Shown here: in pieces, positions 37,663 through 48,834 of the stretch
Layout of the letters: each line of letters opens with the position of its first letter
Numbering within the stretch: the stretch's first letter is position 1
Source of the DNA: an uncultured bacterium
GTDB lineage: Bacteria; Actinomycetota; Actinomycetes; S36-B12
DNA: 64,000 nt
Assembly: GCA_963700745.1 (NCBI GenBank)
Contig: CAVOYT010000012.1
Coordinates: 169,860-233,859 of the forward strand
Reading direction: 5' to 3'
Notes under the pieces: model-generated
The model's input: the letters and a program-made list of their open reading frames with translations, nothing else
Databases searched by the model: none
Told to the model about the DNA's origin: nothing
Translations under genes and position numbers: made by a program

Positions 37663-38978
37663 GTGAACGTCTTCATCCGCCAGTTGACCGGCATCCGCTT
37701 CATCGCGGCCGCCTGGGTGCTGCTGTACCACCTGCAGGGGCCGCTGAACACGCTCCATCTGCTGTTCCCGGTGTTCGCCGACACCCTGCGGATCGGGCGA
37801 CTCGGCGTGGACCTCTTCTTCGCACTCTCCGGCTTCATCCTCACGCATACCTACATGCGCCGCCTGGGACCGGCCGTGCGGGTGCGCGGCACCGTGGACT
37901 TCTGGTGGCTGCGCCTGGCGCGCATCTATCCGGTCCATCTGGTCATGCTGTTCATCGCCGGTGGCGCCGTCGTCGCCCAGGCGCAGGTCACCGGGGACGA
38001 CCTGGACCGCGACTGGCTCAATCCGCTCGACTTCGCCAAGAACCTGCTGCTCGTGCAGGAATGGGGCCCTGAGCCGCAGCGCGGCTGGAACTTCGTCGCC
38101 TGGTCGCTGTCGATGGAGTGGCTGGCCTACCTGCTCTTCCCGCTGCTGGTCCTGCTGCTGTGGTTGCTGCATCGCAAGGTCGCGACGCCGGTGCTCGTCC
38201 TCGCGTGGGTCGCCGCCCTGACGCCGCTGATCATCTACGGGCTGTCCACCTCGGACCCGTACTACACCGACAACTGGGGTTCGACGTACCGGATCCTGAC
38301 CGAGTTCACCGCGGGCGCGCTGACCTACCTGATCGTGGTCCGGCTCCTGCCCGGGGACCAGCTGTCCGAGCCGGCAACGCCGCGGATCGAGCGTGCCGCC
38401 TCCGTGATGGCGGTCGTGCTGCCGCTGCTGGTCGTGGCCGGCGCGGTGTTCCTGGGGCAGTGGGGCCCGGCGCAGCCGCCGTCTGTGGTGATCGACGGCG
38501 ACGTCGAACCGCTGCCTCCGTACTACCACCTGCTCCTCGTCCCCCTGCTGATCTTGTGGATCGGCGCGCTCGCGCTCTCGCGTCGCGGGCTCGCCCGGTT
38601 CCTGTCCACGCGGACCCTCGTGCTCGGCGGCTTCATCTCGTACTCGCTGTACATGACGCACCTGGTGTGGTTCGGGCTCTGGCGGGCCGGAATGCGGGCG
38701 GTGGGGATCGAGGACGGCGTCCTCTACGCGGCGGCCGTGGTCGCCCTGGTCGCCGGCGCCCTGGTCATCGCGTGGCTGATGTGGCGCTTCGTGGAGGAGC
38801 CAGCCCGCGAGTGGATGCGCGGCCGGGTGGGCGTGCGCCGCACCCCGACCGAGGAGGCCGGCGAGGCGATCGCTGAGACCGCCGCCGGACCCCGACAGCG
38901 CGGAGCCGGTGGATGTCGCGACGTCGCCCGGAGGACCCGTTCGTCGCCCAGGAGAAGGACCCCGACGCCACCCCCTGA
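37663..38978 (+). CDS. Acyltransferase family 3 (OafA-like) membrane protein; C-terminal ~30 codons need 2 frame changes to reach the TGA at 38976
   Basis: IRQLTGIRFIAAAWVLLYHL...LGVDLFFALSGFILTHTY and multiple TM segments. The track frame runs on to 39252 antisense to adnB. An alternative tail PDSAEPVDVATSP / EDPFVAQEKDPDATP* lies in the other frames. Confidence 0.8.
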
Positions 38979-38994
38979 CGCCCGACCCCGCTCG

Positions 38995-39057
38995 TCGAGT
39001 GGCCCGTTCTGGCGGGGTCGAGGTCGCGCGAGGCCGCCACAACGGGCCACTCAACGA
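38995..39057. repeat. Intergenic palindromic repeat, subfamily B copy 2
   Basis: Arms tcgagtggcccgttctggcgg / ccgccacaacgggccactcaacga (about 21 bp, 1-2 mismatches) with an 18-nt loop. Shares the outer GAGTGG...CCACTCAAC with 17029-17090. Lies between convergent gene ends. Confidence 0.65.
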
Positions 39058-39061
39058 AGGG

Positions 39062-42000
39062 CTACTGGGCGAGCAGGCGGGCGAGCTCGGCGGTCGGTGT
39101 CCGGGCGCAGGACCTCACCGGTGCCGACGATGACGAACGCCGCGACCGACCTGCTCCACCGGGACGCCCATGCGACCGGGCCCAGGCCAGTCGGTAGATC
39201 GCCAGCTGCATGGCGTCGACGTGCTCGCCCGAGCCGGTCTTCCAGTCGATGACGTCGTATGCCGCCACGCTGCCCGGATCGGCCTCGAACACCGCGTCGA
39301 TCCGCCCGTTGACCACCCGGCCGCCGACGAGCAGAGCGAACGGCGCCTCCACCGCCACCGGCACGCGGTGCGCGTACGGCCCGCCCTCGAACGCGGCCTT
39401 CAGTTGCAGCAGGGCCTCGTCGCTGGCGATGTCGGCGTCCGCCGAGCCGGGCAGGTCGTCCGGGTCGATCAGCGACTGCTGGCCGTAGCGGGTCTCGACC
39501 CACGCGTGGAACTCGGTGCCGCGACGCGCCGCCGGGGCCGGCGGCCTGCGGCATGGGCCGGGCGATCTCCAGCGCGACCGCATCAGGGTCGTCCAGCGCT
39601 CGCATCAGCAGGCTCGCCGAGACCGAGTCGGGAAGGCGCACCTGCCGGGTCGCGGGCGTGTCGGGCCCGCGCCTCCTCCAGGAGGGCCGCCGTCAGCACG
39701 TCCCACTCCTGGACCCGCTCGCGGTCCGCCGCCGGTCTGCGCCGGCCGTCGGTCCGGCGTCGACCCCGGGCAGGGCTGGCTGCATCTCGGACACGCGCGC
39801 ACCGCCGTCGGCGACCTCGCGCAGGCGCGACGCGCGTGCTGCGGGTCCGGAGCCGGCGGCCACGCCAGCGGCACCGACGCCTCCCGCACCTGCGGGATTG
39901 GCGGCGTCCTCGTCGGGCTCTGGCGCCCAGTGCACGACCTCGCCGAAGCCGTCGAGGCACGCCTGGTGCACGGTCGACAGGAAGGCGTCCGGCCCGCGGC
40001 GGGTCGACTGCGTGGGACCCCACCAGTGACCCGACACGGCGAGGCCCCGCTCGGCGCGGGTGAAGGCGACGTAGGCGAGTCGCTGGTTCTCCAGGCCGTT
40101 CAGCTCACGCAGCACCTCCTTGTAGGCCTCGTGATGCTTGGCGCGCGGGGTCTCCCCGGCGACCGGGAACGAGGCCAGGTCCGGGGTGCAGTCATCGCGC
40201 AGCGGCCACGGCACCGAGCTCGCGCTGGTCGGCCATGAGGGTCGGCCGCGGCCACCGGGGAAGGCGCCCGACGAGACGAAGGGCACGAACACGTAGCCGA
40301 ACTCCAGCCCCTTGGCCTTGTGGACGGTGAGCAGCTGCACCGCGTCGGCCGGACCGGAGACGTCGAGCTCGAGGTCGACGTCGAAACGCTCCGCGTCGCG
40401 CAGCCGAGCCAGGAAAGCCCCCAGGGTCAGCCGGCCGTCGAGCTCGTTGAACTCCGCAGCCACGTCGAGGAAGGCATGGAGGGCGTGCTGCTGCGCCGAC
40501 CCGGCCGACCCCAGGGCGGCCTCGACCTCCAGGCCGGTGGTGCGCATGACCCGAAGGACCAGCTCGGCGAGCGGCTCGCCCACGTGGCCCTGCAGGCGGC
40601 GCAGCTCGCGGGCGAACTCCGTGAACCGCGTCACGGCCTCTGGCGAGTAGCGGTCGAGGTCGCCGAGGTCGTCCAGGGCCTCGGTCAGGGAGATCGACTC
40701 GACGACATCGGTACCCGCGACGGCGTCGTCGAGCGCCGACCCGATGTCCTCCTGGCCGGATCGATGGCGTCCGCCGGCCAGGTGTGCCGCGCGGTCGCCC
40801 AGTGCCGCGAGGTCGCGTGCGCCGATCCGCCAGCGGGGACCAGCGGCCAGGCGCACGAAGGCCGGGTTGGCCGACGGGTCGTGGAGGATCTCGAGCATGC
40901 TGCGCAGGTCGATCGACGGCCGGCTGCGCCATCAGCGCCGCAGCGCCGATCAGCTGAGTGGGAATCCCGCGTCGTCGCAGGGCCGCATCGACGGCCACCA
41001 GGTCCGCGCCGGTCGCCGCGAGGATCGCGATGTCGCTCCAGCGAATCCTCGGCTGGCCGGGCCGCGCGGCGTGGGTGGCCACGATCTGCTCCACCACCCA
41101 GTCGACCTCCTGCGCGTACGTCTCGAACAGGGCGCACGACACCGACCCGGAACCCTTGCCGTTGTCCCCCGCGCTCAAGCGGCTCCACGCCGGCGTGGAC
41201 GGTGCGCAGGTGCGCCGACGTGCGGTTGGCGACCTCGAGGATGCTCGGCCCCGAGCGCCGGTTCTGCGACAGCGTGAACCGCGCCGCCATCCGGCCGTCC
41301 CCCTCCGGCGGGAAGTGCCGTGGGAAGTCCTCGATGTTGTCGACGCTCGCGCCGCGCCAGCCGTAGATGGCCTGACACGGGTCTCCGACCGCCATCACCG
41401 GATGGCCGGACGCCGAAGATGCGCTGCAGCAGCACGCGCTGCGCGATCGAGGTGTCCTGGTACTCGTCGAGCAGGACCACGGCATAGCGAGCGCGAAGGT
41501 CATCCACGACGTCCGGGAAGCGGGCCACGAGCTCGCCGGCCAGCCGGATCTGATCGGCGAAGTCGAGCACGTCGCGGTCGGCCTTCTCCGCCCGCCATTC
41601 CTCGACCAGGCTCGCCAGCACGCTGCGCTGGGCCGACGTCGCCATCATCTCGGTGCCGATCTTCTGCGGCGCCCCGAAGGACTGCAGCATGGCGAGCATC
41701 TCGTCGTCGAACGTCCGCAGGTCCGCAGGGCTGACGCCGAGCTCGGTGAGCTCGTCGTCGAGGCTCAGCAGGTCCTTGGTGATGACGAGGGGCGAGCGCC
41801 CGATGTCCGGACAGCGGCAACGTGGACCGGCAGACGACGCGGTAGGCCAGCTGCTGGCGTGCCCCGTCGGTGAGCATCGTCGCCCGCGGCTCGCGACCCA
41901 GCCGGATGCCGTGCTCGGCGAGGATCCGAGCCGAGAAGGCGTGGTAGGTCAGCACCTGGGGCTCGCCGAGCGGGGCGCCGTCAGCGTCCTCGCCGCTGAT

Positions 42001-42295
42001 GATCCCCTCGTCGACGAGCGCCGTGACCGATCGCCGCATCGAGCTGAGCAGCTGGGCGGTCGCCTTGGTGGTGAAGGTCAGCCCGAGCACCTGATCGGGC
42101 CGCACGTAGCCGCTGCCCACCAGCCAGGCGACCCGGGCCGCCATCGAGGTGGTCTTGCCCGAGCCGGCGCCCGCGACGATCACTGCGGGCTCGACCCCGG
42201 AAGACACGGCTGCCCACTGCTCGTCGGTGAGCACGAGGTCGAGGGCGGCGTCCAGGCGCGCGCGGGTGAGGTCGTGGGGGAGTGACGTCGGTCAT
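39062..42295 (-). pseudogene. adnB: AdnB-like helicase-nuclease subunit (UvrD-like motor plus RecB-type nuclease), heavily frame-broken as sequenced (at least 8 changes)
   Basis: VAGAGSGKTTSMAARVAWLV (ORF 41500..42234), VLLDEYQDTSIAQ (41175..41699), MAVGDPCQAIYGWRGAS (40685..41503), TVHKAKGLEFGYVFVP...RLAYVAFTRAE (39693..40898), and nuclease GRIDAVFE...YDVIDWKTG (39062..39583). ATGA overlap with adnA. Confidence 0.75.
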
Positions 42296-45200
42296 GGCGT
42301 CACCTGCTCGCCCTGGATCTTCGCCGGGCAGGTCGTCTTGTAGGCGCAGTACGAGCAGGCAGGACCAACGGTGGCGACGAACTCCTCGGAGCGCAGGAGA
42401 TGTGCGGCTTGGCCGAGCTTGCGCTCGACCCAGGTGGGCCGCTCGTCGCCGAGAGCCACCTGGAACTGCACGCGGGCGTCGTCGAGCCCTTGCCCTCATC
42501 GACCCGCAGCTGGACCAGCGCGGCTCCGCCGACTTCGATCGGCGCGTCGTCCGTGCTCGCCATCGGCCTGCCGCGTCGGCCGCCGAGAGGCCGCCCTCGC
42601 GCAGCAGCAGCTGGTAGACCCCCAGCTGCCCGTGCTCGGGGATGTCCTTCGACGCCACCGGCCGACGCATGTTCTTCAGGTCGATCGGCACGAGGCGGCC
42701 CTCGTCGTCGCGCTCGACCCGGTCGATGTAGCCACTGAGCCGGACGGTCTCGTCGCCTCCATCGGGCAACGGGACGGTCGACCTCCGCCGACACGCGGGA
42801 CTCCGTGCCGACCAGCTCACGGTCCTGACGCAGGTGGTACCCCAGGAAGCGGGCGAGGGCGGAGCGGGCCTCGCGACGCTCGGACTCGGACTGCCAGCGG
42901 GCCTCGAACCGCAGCTCGGACCACACCCGATCGACCTCGGCGTCCATGTCGTCGAGGGACGCGGGGATCTCGCCCTTGGCCACGAAATCGGCCACCGCGT
43001 GGACGACGCTGCCGAAGCTCGTCGCCGTGCCACGCGGCGTCTCCGCCTGCGCCTCGTGCTCGAGGAACCACTTCAGGGGGCAGGCCAGGATTCCGTCGAG
43101 GCCGCTGCCCGACAGGGCGATCGGCCGGTCGGCCGGGCGAACGGGGTGCTCGCTGGCCGTCAGCTCGGCCAGCCCCCACCACGTGCGGGGATCGGCCAGC
43201 GGGACGAGCGGCCGGTCGTCCGCATCGACCTGGGCGGCCAGCACCGCCAGGCGCTCGACGGCCGCCTGGCGCAGGGCGGCCGACACGGCCGGGTCCAGGG
43301 CGGTGCGGCGCAGCTCGGCAACCAGTCCGTCCAGGGACACCGGATGCCGAGGGCGGCCGGCTGCTGCGGCGACACTCGCCTCGGGCAGCACGGACAGCAC
43401 ATCGGCGATGAACCGGCTGGGTCGATCCCCGCCCTGGTCGTTCTCGTCGACGGCGGTGACGTGCAACTGGTGGCGGGCGCGAGTGCAGGCGACGTAGAAC
43501 AGCCGACGCTCCTCCTCCAGCAGGTCGGCTGGGCGCGGCCCGGTGCCGATCCCGGTGCGGGTGAGCTCCTCGGCTCGCAGCGTCGAGCCGCGGGCGCGCA
43601 GGTCGGGCCAGACCCCCTCCTCCGCGCCGACGAGCCACACCTCGTCCCACTCCAGCCCCTTGGCCCGGTGGGCCGTGAGGATGCGCACGGCGTCGGCGCT
43701 CGTGCCCCGGTCGGCGACCGCCTCCGCCGGGATCTGCTGGTCGGCCAGCGAGTCGATGAAGGTACGCACCCCGAGGAACCCCGGGTACCGTCCGGCGAGA
43801 CGCTCCGCGGCGTCGAACAGGGCCATCACGGCGTCCAGGTCGTGGTCGGCCGACCGGGAGCCCTGCACGGCCGCGGCGCGCAGCCGGGCCGGCCAGCCGT
43901 GCGGAGTGCGCCCACCGGACCACAGGGTCCACAGCACCTCCTGCGGGGATGCCCCCGCGGCGACCTGCCCGTGGACCTCGACCAGCAGGGAGGTCAGGCG
44001 GGCGACTGACCGGGAGACCGGGTCGTCCGGCGCGAGCCCGGGCGCGGCCACCGGCTCCCCGACCAGCGGACCCAGGACGAGGGTGCGGATGAGCACGTCG
44101 GACGGCGGGGAGGCGTAGCCGGCAGCGTGGTGCTCCGATCTCAGCGCACGACCCAGGCGACGCACGTCACTGGGCGTCAGGCCGACCAGCGGGCCGCTGA
44201 GCACGTCGAGCACCTCGCCGGGAGTCGACGAGGCCGGGTGCGTGGCCATCGCCAGAGCGCCGAGGAGCGCGGCCACGGCGGGCTCGGATCGCAGCGGGAT
44301 CTCGTCGGCCGCGACGACCACCGGGCACGCCCGCGGCGAGGAGGGCCCGCTGCAGGGCAGGAATCTGGTTCGACAGACCGCACCAGGACGGCAAGCTCAC
44401 GCCACGGCACCTCGCGCCGGACGTGCGCCAGGCGCAGCTCCCGGGCGACGTGGGCCGCCTGAGCGCCGCGGTCGGGATAGGTGCGGACGCTGACGACGTC
44501 GCTCGACCGCGGGGTCGTCGACGGGGACGCAGTCGGGATGGCGATGGGCTCGCAGCTGCTCGGCCGGCAGCCCGGGCGGCAGGCGCGCGCCGAGGACCGC
44601 CGTCGCGACCGACCGGATCCGCGGGCCGAACCGCCGCGTGCGTCCGAGCACGACCACCGGCGCCGGTTCGTCGTCGACCGTGCGGAAGGTCTTCGGAAAG
44701 CGGAGCAGGCCGCCCACGTCGGCGCCGCGGAATCCGTAGATGGCCTGGTCGGGATCGCCGACGGCGACGAGCGTCGTCTGCGGCGTCGACGAGCGCGCGC
44801 AGCAGCGCCACCTGCAGCGGATCGGTGTCCTGGTACTCGTCGACGTAGATCGCCCGGTACTGCCGGTGCAGCAGGGCCGACACCTCGGGCTCGTGCGCCC
44901 GGACCAGTGCCCGGAACAGCAGCTCGCCGTAGTCCATGACGTTCTCCAGGACCATGACCTCCTGCTCCTGGCGGGCCAGCTGCCCCACCGCCGACCCACG
45001 CCGGTCGCCCGGACGCCGCGCCCGATCCGGCGCAGGTCGCCGTCCTCCAGGCCGAGCTCGCGGGCCCGGGTCAGGACCGCGCGCACCTCGTTGGCCAGCC
45101 CCAGGGTCGGCAGCGCCCCGACCAGGTCCTCGGGCCAGGCGACCGTGCCGTCGGCCACCGCACCCCGCAGCAGCTCGCGAATGCGGACGTCCTCCTCGGC

Positions 45201-45577
45201 CCCGGACATCAGCCGTGGCGGGTCGAGGTAGTCCTCCGGGGAGTCCGTGCGACGCAGCAGGGAGTAGGCGAATGAGTGGAAGGTGGCCACCGTCGGCACC
45301 AGGCCGCCGCCGAGGCGCGCGGTCACGCGGTCGCGCAGTTCCGTCGCGGCCTTGCGGCCGAAGGTGAGCGCCAGCACCTCGTCGGCGGCGAGCGCCCCGG
45401 TCGGGATCGCTCGAGCCGGCGAGCGATCGACTCGACGATCGTGGTGGTCTTGCCGGTGCCCGGACCGGCGAGCACGAGCAGCGGACCGCGCCGGTGCTCC
45501 ACGACGCGGCGCTGCTGGTCGTCGAGCACCGCCGGGACGGCCGGCGGGGCCGGGCTCAGGTCCAGCTCCCACCTCAT
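42292..45577 (-). pseudogene. adnA: AdnA-like helicase-nuclease subunit, frame broken as sequenced (at least 6 changes)
   Basis: MRWELDL...LVLAGPGTGKTTTIVESIA (ORF 45323..45634), YVDEYQDTDPLQ (44167..44988), VAVGDPDQAIYGFRGA (44397..45572), TAHRAKGLEWDEVWLV...RLFYVACTRA (42300..44321), and nuclease LSGYIDRVERDDEGRLVPIDLK (41981..43033). Confidence 0.75.
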
Positions 45578-45637
45578 GGACCCATGGATACCACCCGGGT
45601 CCGACACGTTCGAGGCTCGGTCTGGGACGATCACCCC

Positions 45638-48157
45638 GTGAGTCCCGACGTCCCGACCCCCCGCGACGTCGCCGAAGGCCCCCCGTCCGCCGTCGACCTC
45701 GAGACCGATCCGGTGCCCTCGGGGTCTCGGGCCGATCCCACCCCCGACCCTTCCGCCGACTCCCCCACGACGCCCATCCCCACGGCGCCCATCCCCGAGT
45801 CGCCGATGTCCATGGTCATCGAGGACGGCGTCATCCCGCGGCGACTGCGCCGACCACTCGACCTGGCCCGGTTCGTGCTCGCGATCATCATCGCCGCCGC
45901 GACCGTCCTGGTCGCCTGGTTCGCCACCAGCACCGCCGCCGGCCTGGACAGCGACATCGCCACGGGCGCGTCCCTGCTGCCGTCCTTCGTCGTGCTGATC
46001 CTCAACGTCATCGGCGGCATCGGCACCCTGGGGCTGCCCATCGCCGTGGCCGTCACCATGACCCTGCGGCGGCGCCTGCGGCAGCTGTTCGACGCCTTCG
46101 TGGCCCTCCTGATCGCGGTCGTCATCCTCACCAGCCTCGCCGTCGCGCTCAGCAACGCCAACGTCCCCCGGCTCCTGGCCGCACTCGCCGGCTCGATCAG
46201 CCCGGACAGCGCCGCCACCGCCCCGATCCTCGGCGGCCTGCTCGCCTTCGTCACCGTCGCCCGCCTCATGAGCCGCCGACCATGGAACGTCCTGACCGTC
46301 GTGGTGATCGGCTCCCTGATCGCCGTGACCCTGCTCAGCGGCGGCATCGCCCTGGCTGGAGTGGGGCTCTCCCTCGCGATCGGCTGGGCCGTCGGCCTGA
46401 TGACCAGGTACGTGGCCGGCACTCCGACGACCCGGCCCAGCGGAATGGAGGTGGCTGACGCCCTCACCCGTAGCGGCTACCCCGTCACCGTGCTGCGCGC
46501 CCGCGAGTCGACCGCCCGTGGCCGCCGGTACCTAGCGACCACCCGCGCCGGGGGCCAGCTCATGGTCACTGTCCTCGACCGCGACCTAGAGGGCGCCGGC
46601 CTCGCCAACGCGATCTGGATGGGCCTGCGGCTGCGCGACGACAGCACGACCGGCGCCTTCAACATGCGGCGGTCGCTGGACCACGCCGCGCTGCTGGCCT
46701 ACGCCGCGCAGGCCGCCGGGGTCCCCGAGCCACGGCTGCTGCTGGCCGCCGAGGTCGGGCCGGACTCGGTCCTGCTCGCCTACGAATACGTCGAGGGCAC
46801 CCGCTTCAGCGACCTTGCGGAGGTCACCGACGACGACCTCGTCCAGGCCTGGCGGGCCATGCGCACGCTGCACGAGAATCAGATGACCCACCGCTCGCTG
46901 GCCGCCGAGCACCTCCTTCGGGCCGAGGACGGCTCGGTGTGGCTGATCGGCGGCGAGACCGGCAGCATCGCCGCCGGCGACGTGGCCCAGCGCATCGACA
47001 CCGCCGAGCTGCTCGCGACCCTGGCGATGCTGACCGATGTCGAGCGGGCCGTGAGCACCGGGCGCACAGTCCTGGGGGTCACCGGACTCAGCCGGGCGCT
47101 GCCGGCCCTCCAGCCGGTCGCCCTCTCGACGCAGACGCGGAAGGCCCTGCGCAAGAACAAGGGAATGATGGTCGGGCTGCGCGACGCCCTCGCCGAGATC
47201 AAGCCGGGCGCCGACGCCGAGCAGATCCAGTTCGAGCGGGTGCGGCCACGCACGCTGGTGATGATCATCGTCGGCAGCATCGCCGGCTACGTCCTGCTGT
47301 CGCAGCTCGCGCAGGTCGACCTCGTCGGGCTCCTGCGCACGGCCGACTGGCGCTGGATGGTCGCGGCCGTGGCGTTCAGCCTGATCACCTACTTCGGCGC
47401 GGCCTGGTCGCTGTCGGGCTTCGTCCCCGAGAAGCTGAAGCTCCACCGCACGATCCTCGCGCAGATCGCCGGCGACTTCGCCACGTTGGTGTCCCCGCCG
47501 ACGCTCGGGGCGATCGCCATCAACGTGCGCTACCTGCAGAAGGCCGGCCTGCACCCGGCCCTCGCCGGAGCCAGCGTGGGCGTCGCGCAGGTCATGGCCT
47601 TCGTGTTCCACATCCTGCTGCTCTTCGGATTCGGCATCGCTGCTGGGACGCAGGCGGACCTGACGTTCGACCCGCCGACGTTCGCCGTCATCGCGGTGAT
47701 CGTGGTGGTCATCATCATCCTGGCGCTGCTGGCCGTCCCCGCCGTGCGCCACATCATCTCCAAGCGGGTCGGCCCGCTGCTGAAGGAGGTCGTACCGAGA
47801 CTCGTCACCGTCGCCCAGCGGCCGATGAAGCTGCTCGAGGGCATCGGCGGGATCCTGCTGCTGAACCTCGCCTACGTCGGCGTGCTCTATGCCTGCGTGG
47901 CGGCCTTCGGCGGCAGCATGAATGTGGCGGTCGTCGCCGTCGTCTACCTCGCCGGCGCCACGATCGGCCAGGCGGCTCCGACGCCGGGTGGCCTGGGCGC
48001 CGTCGAGGCGGCGCTGGCCGCCGGTCTGACTGCGGGCGGACTCGATGCCGGGATCGCGGTCTCCGCTGTCCTGCTGTACCGGCTCGTGACCTTCTGGCTG
48101 CCGACCATCCCGGGCTACTGGGCGTTCAACTACCTCACCAAGAAGGGCGCGCTATGA
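45638..48157 (+). CDS. Large membrane protein: N-terminal TM bundle, central protein-kinase-like domain, C-terminal LPG-synthase-TM/flippase-like (UPF0104) domain
   Basis: Intact ~839-aa frame from the GTG at 45638. Centre: YLATTRAGGQLMVTVLDRD...LLAYEYVEGTRFSDL...THRSLAAEHLLRAEDGSVWLIGGETG. C-terminus: IAGDFATLVSPPTLGAIAINVRYLQKAG...APTPGGLGAVEAAL. Confidence 0.7.
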   Translation: MSPDVPTPRDVAEGPPSAVDLETDPVPSGSRADPTPDPSADSPTTPIPTAPIPESPMSMVIEDGVIPRRLRRPLDLARFVLAIIIAAATVLVAWFATSTAAGLDSDIATGASLLPSFVVLILNVIGGIGTLGLPIAVAVTMTLRRRLRQLFDAFVALLIAVVILTSLAVALSNANVPRLLAALAGSISPDSAATAPILGGLLAFVTVARLMSRRPWNVLTVVVIGSLIAVTLLSGGIALAGVGLSLAIGWAVGLMTRYVAGTPTTRPSGMEVADALTRSGYPVTVLRARESTARGRRYLATTRAGGQLMVTVLDRDLEGAGLANAIWMGLRLRDDSTTGAFNMRRSLDHAALLAYAAQAAGVPEPRLLLAAEVGPDSVLLAYEYVEGTRFSDLAEVTDDDLVQAWRAMRTLHENQMTHRSLAAEHLLRAEDGSVWLIGGETGSIAAGDVAQRIDTAELLATLAMLTDVERAVSTGRTVLGVTGLSRALPALQPVALSTQTRKALRKNKGMMVGLRDALAEIKPGADAEQIQFERVRPRTLVMIIVGSIAGYVLLSQLAQVDLVGLLRTADWRWMVAAVAFSLITYFGAAWSLSGFVPEKLKLHRTILAQIAGDFATLVSPPTLGAIAINVRYLQKAGLHPALAGASVGVAQVMAFVFHILLLFGFGIAAGTQADLTFDPPTFAVIAVIVVVIIILALLAVPAVRHIISKRVGPLLKEVVPRLVTVAQRPMKLLEGIGGILLLNLAYVGVLYACVAAFGGSMNVAVVAVVYLAGATIGQAAPTPGGLGAVEAALAAGLTAGGLDAGIAVSAVLLYRLVTFWLPTIPGYWAFNYLTKKGAL

Positions 48158-48402
48158 CCGACCAGCACCTGCACGTGCGACTCACCTTCCCGCCCGGCCC
48201 GGCAACCGAGCCGGTCATCTACGAGATCGTCACGCGCTTCGGCGTCGTCCCGAACATCCGTCGGGCTGCGATCCACGACCACAGCGGATGGATGGTCTGC
48301 GACCTCGGGGGCGACCAGGAATCACTCGACGCGGCCGTGGCCTACATGGAGTCCATCGGCGTCGATGTCTCGCGGGCCGAGGGCGACGTCCTCGAAGGCT
48401 GA
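48154..48402 (+). CDS. Small NIL-domain-like protein, translationally coupled (ATGA) to 45638-48157
   Basis: MTDQHLHVRLTFPPGPATEPVIYEIVTRFGVVPNIRRAAIHDHSGWMVCDLGGDQESLDAAVAYMESIGVDV. The family call is by eye only. Confidence 0.5.
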   Translation: MTDQHLHVRLTFPPGPATEPVIYEIVTRFGVVPNIRRAAIHDHSGWMVCDLGGDQESLDAAVAYMESIGVDVSRAEGDVLEG

Positions 48403-48427
48403 CCTCCACGCCCGATGCGCCCCCTTT

Positions 48428-48491
48428 CGATGGGTCGTCACTTGTGGCGGGTTCAGCGCCCCGGAATCCCGCCACGCCTGACGACCCATCG
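48428..48491. repeat. Intergenic palindromic repeat, subfamily A copy 2
   Basis: Arms cgatgggtcgtcacttgtggcggg / cccgccacgcctgacgacccatcg with a 16-nt loop. The left arm matches 6736-6761 almost base for base. Confidence 0.7.
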
Positions 48492-48536
48492 GACCTCGAC
48501 GGGCGAGGTCGGCCGATCCGCGCCAGAATCAACGCC

Positions 48537-48734
48537 ATGAGCGACGTGACCATCATCCCGACCGAGAACGGCCCCTACGAGGTGTCCGGAGAGGTCAGCA
48601 TCGTGGCCCCCGACGGCACCGTGATCCGCGACACCGCGAAGACCTACCTGTGCCGGTGCGGGCACTCGCGCAACAAGCCGTTCTGCGACAGCAGCCACCG
48701 CCGGGTGAACTGGGTCGCGGACGCGGAGGACTGA
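48537..48734 (+). CDS. CDGSH-type iron-sulfur domain protein
   Basis: YLCRCGHSRNKPFCDSSH fits the C-x-C-x2-S-x3-P-x-C-D-x2-H signature. Intact 65 aa. Confidence 0.85.
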   Translation: MSDVTIIPTENGPYEVSGEVSIVAPDGTVIRDTAKTYLCRCGHSRNKPFCDSSHRRVNWVADAED

Positions 48735-48763
48735 CCCCCTCGACTCCTCGAAGCATCGGGAGG

Positions 48764-48799
48764 CAAGGGCAGAGCCCCGCCTTCCGGCGGGGCCCCTTG
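48764..48799. terminator. Bidirectional hairpin between convergent genes
   Basis: gccccgcc (48774-48781), loop ttcc, ggcggggc (48786-48793), with the outer pairing caaggg / cccttg. Confidence 0.55.
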
Positions 48800-48834
48800 T
48801 CCTCTCCCGGTATTCCGGGGGCGGGAGCCACTTC

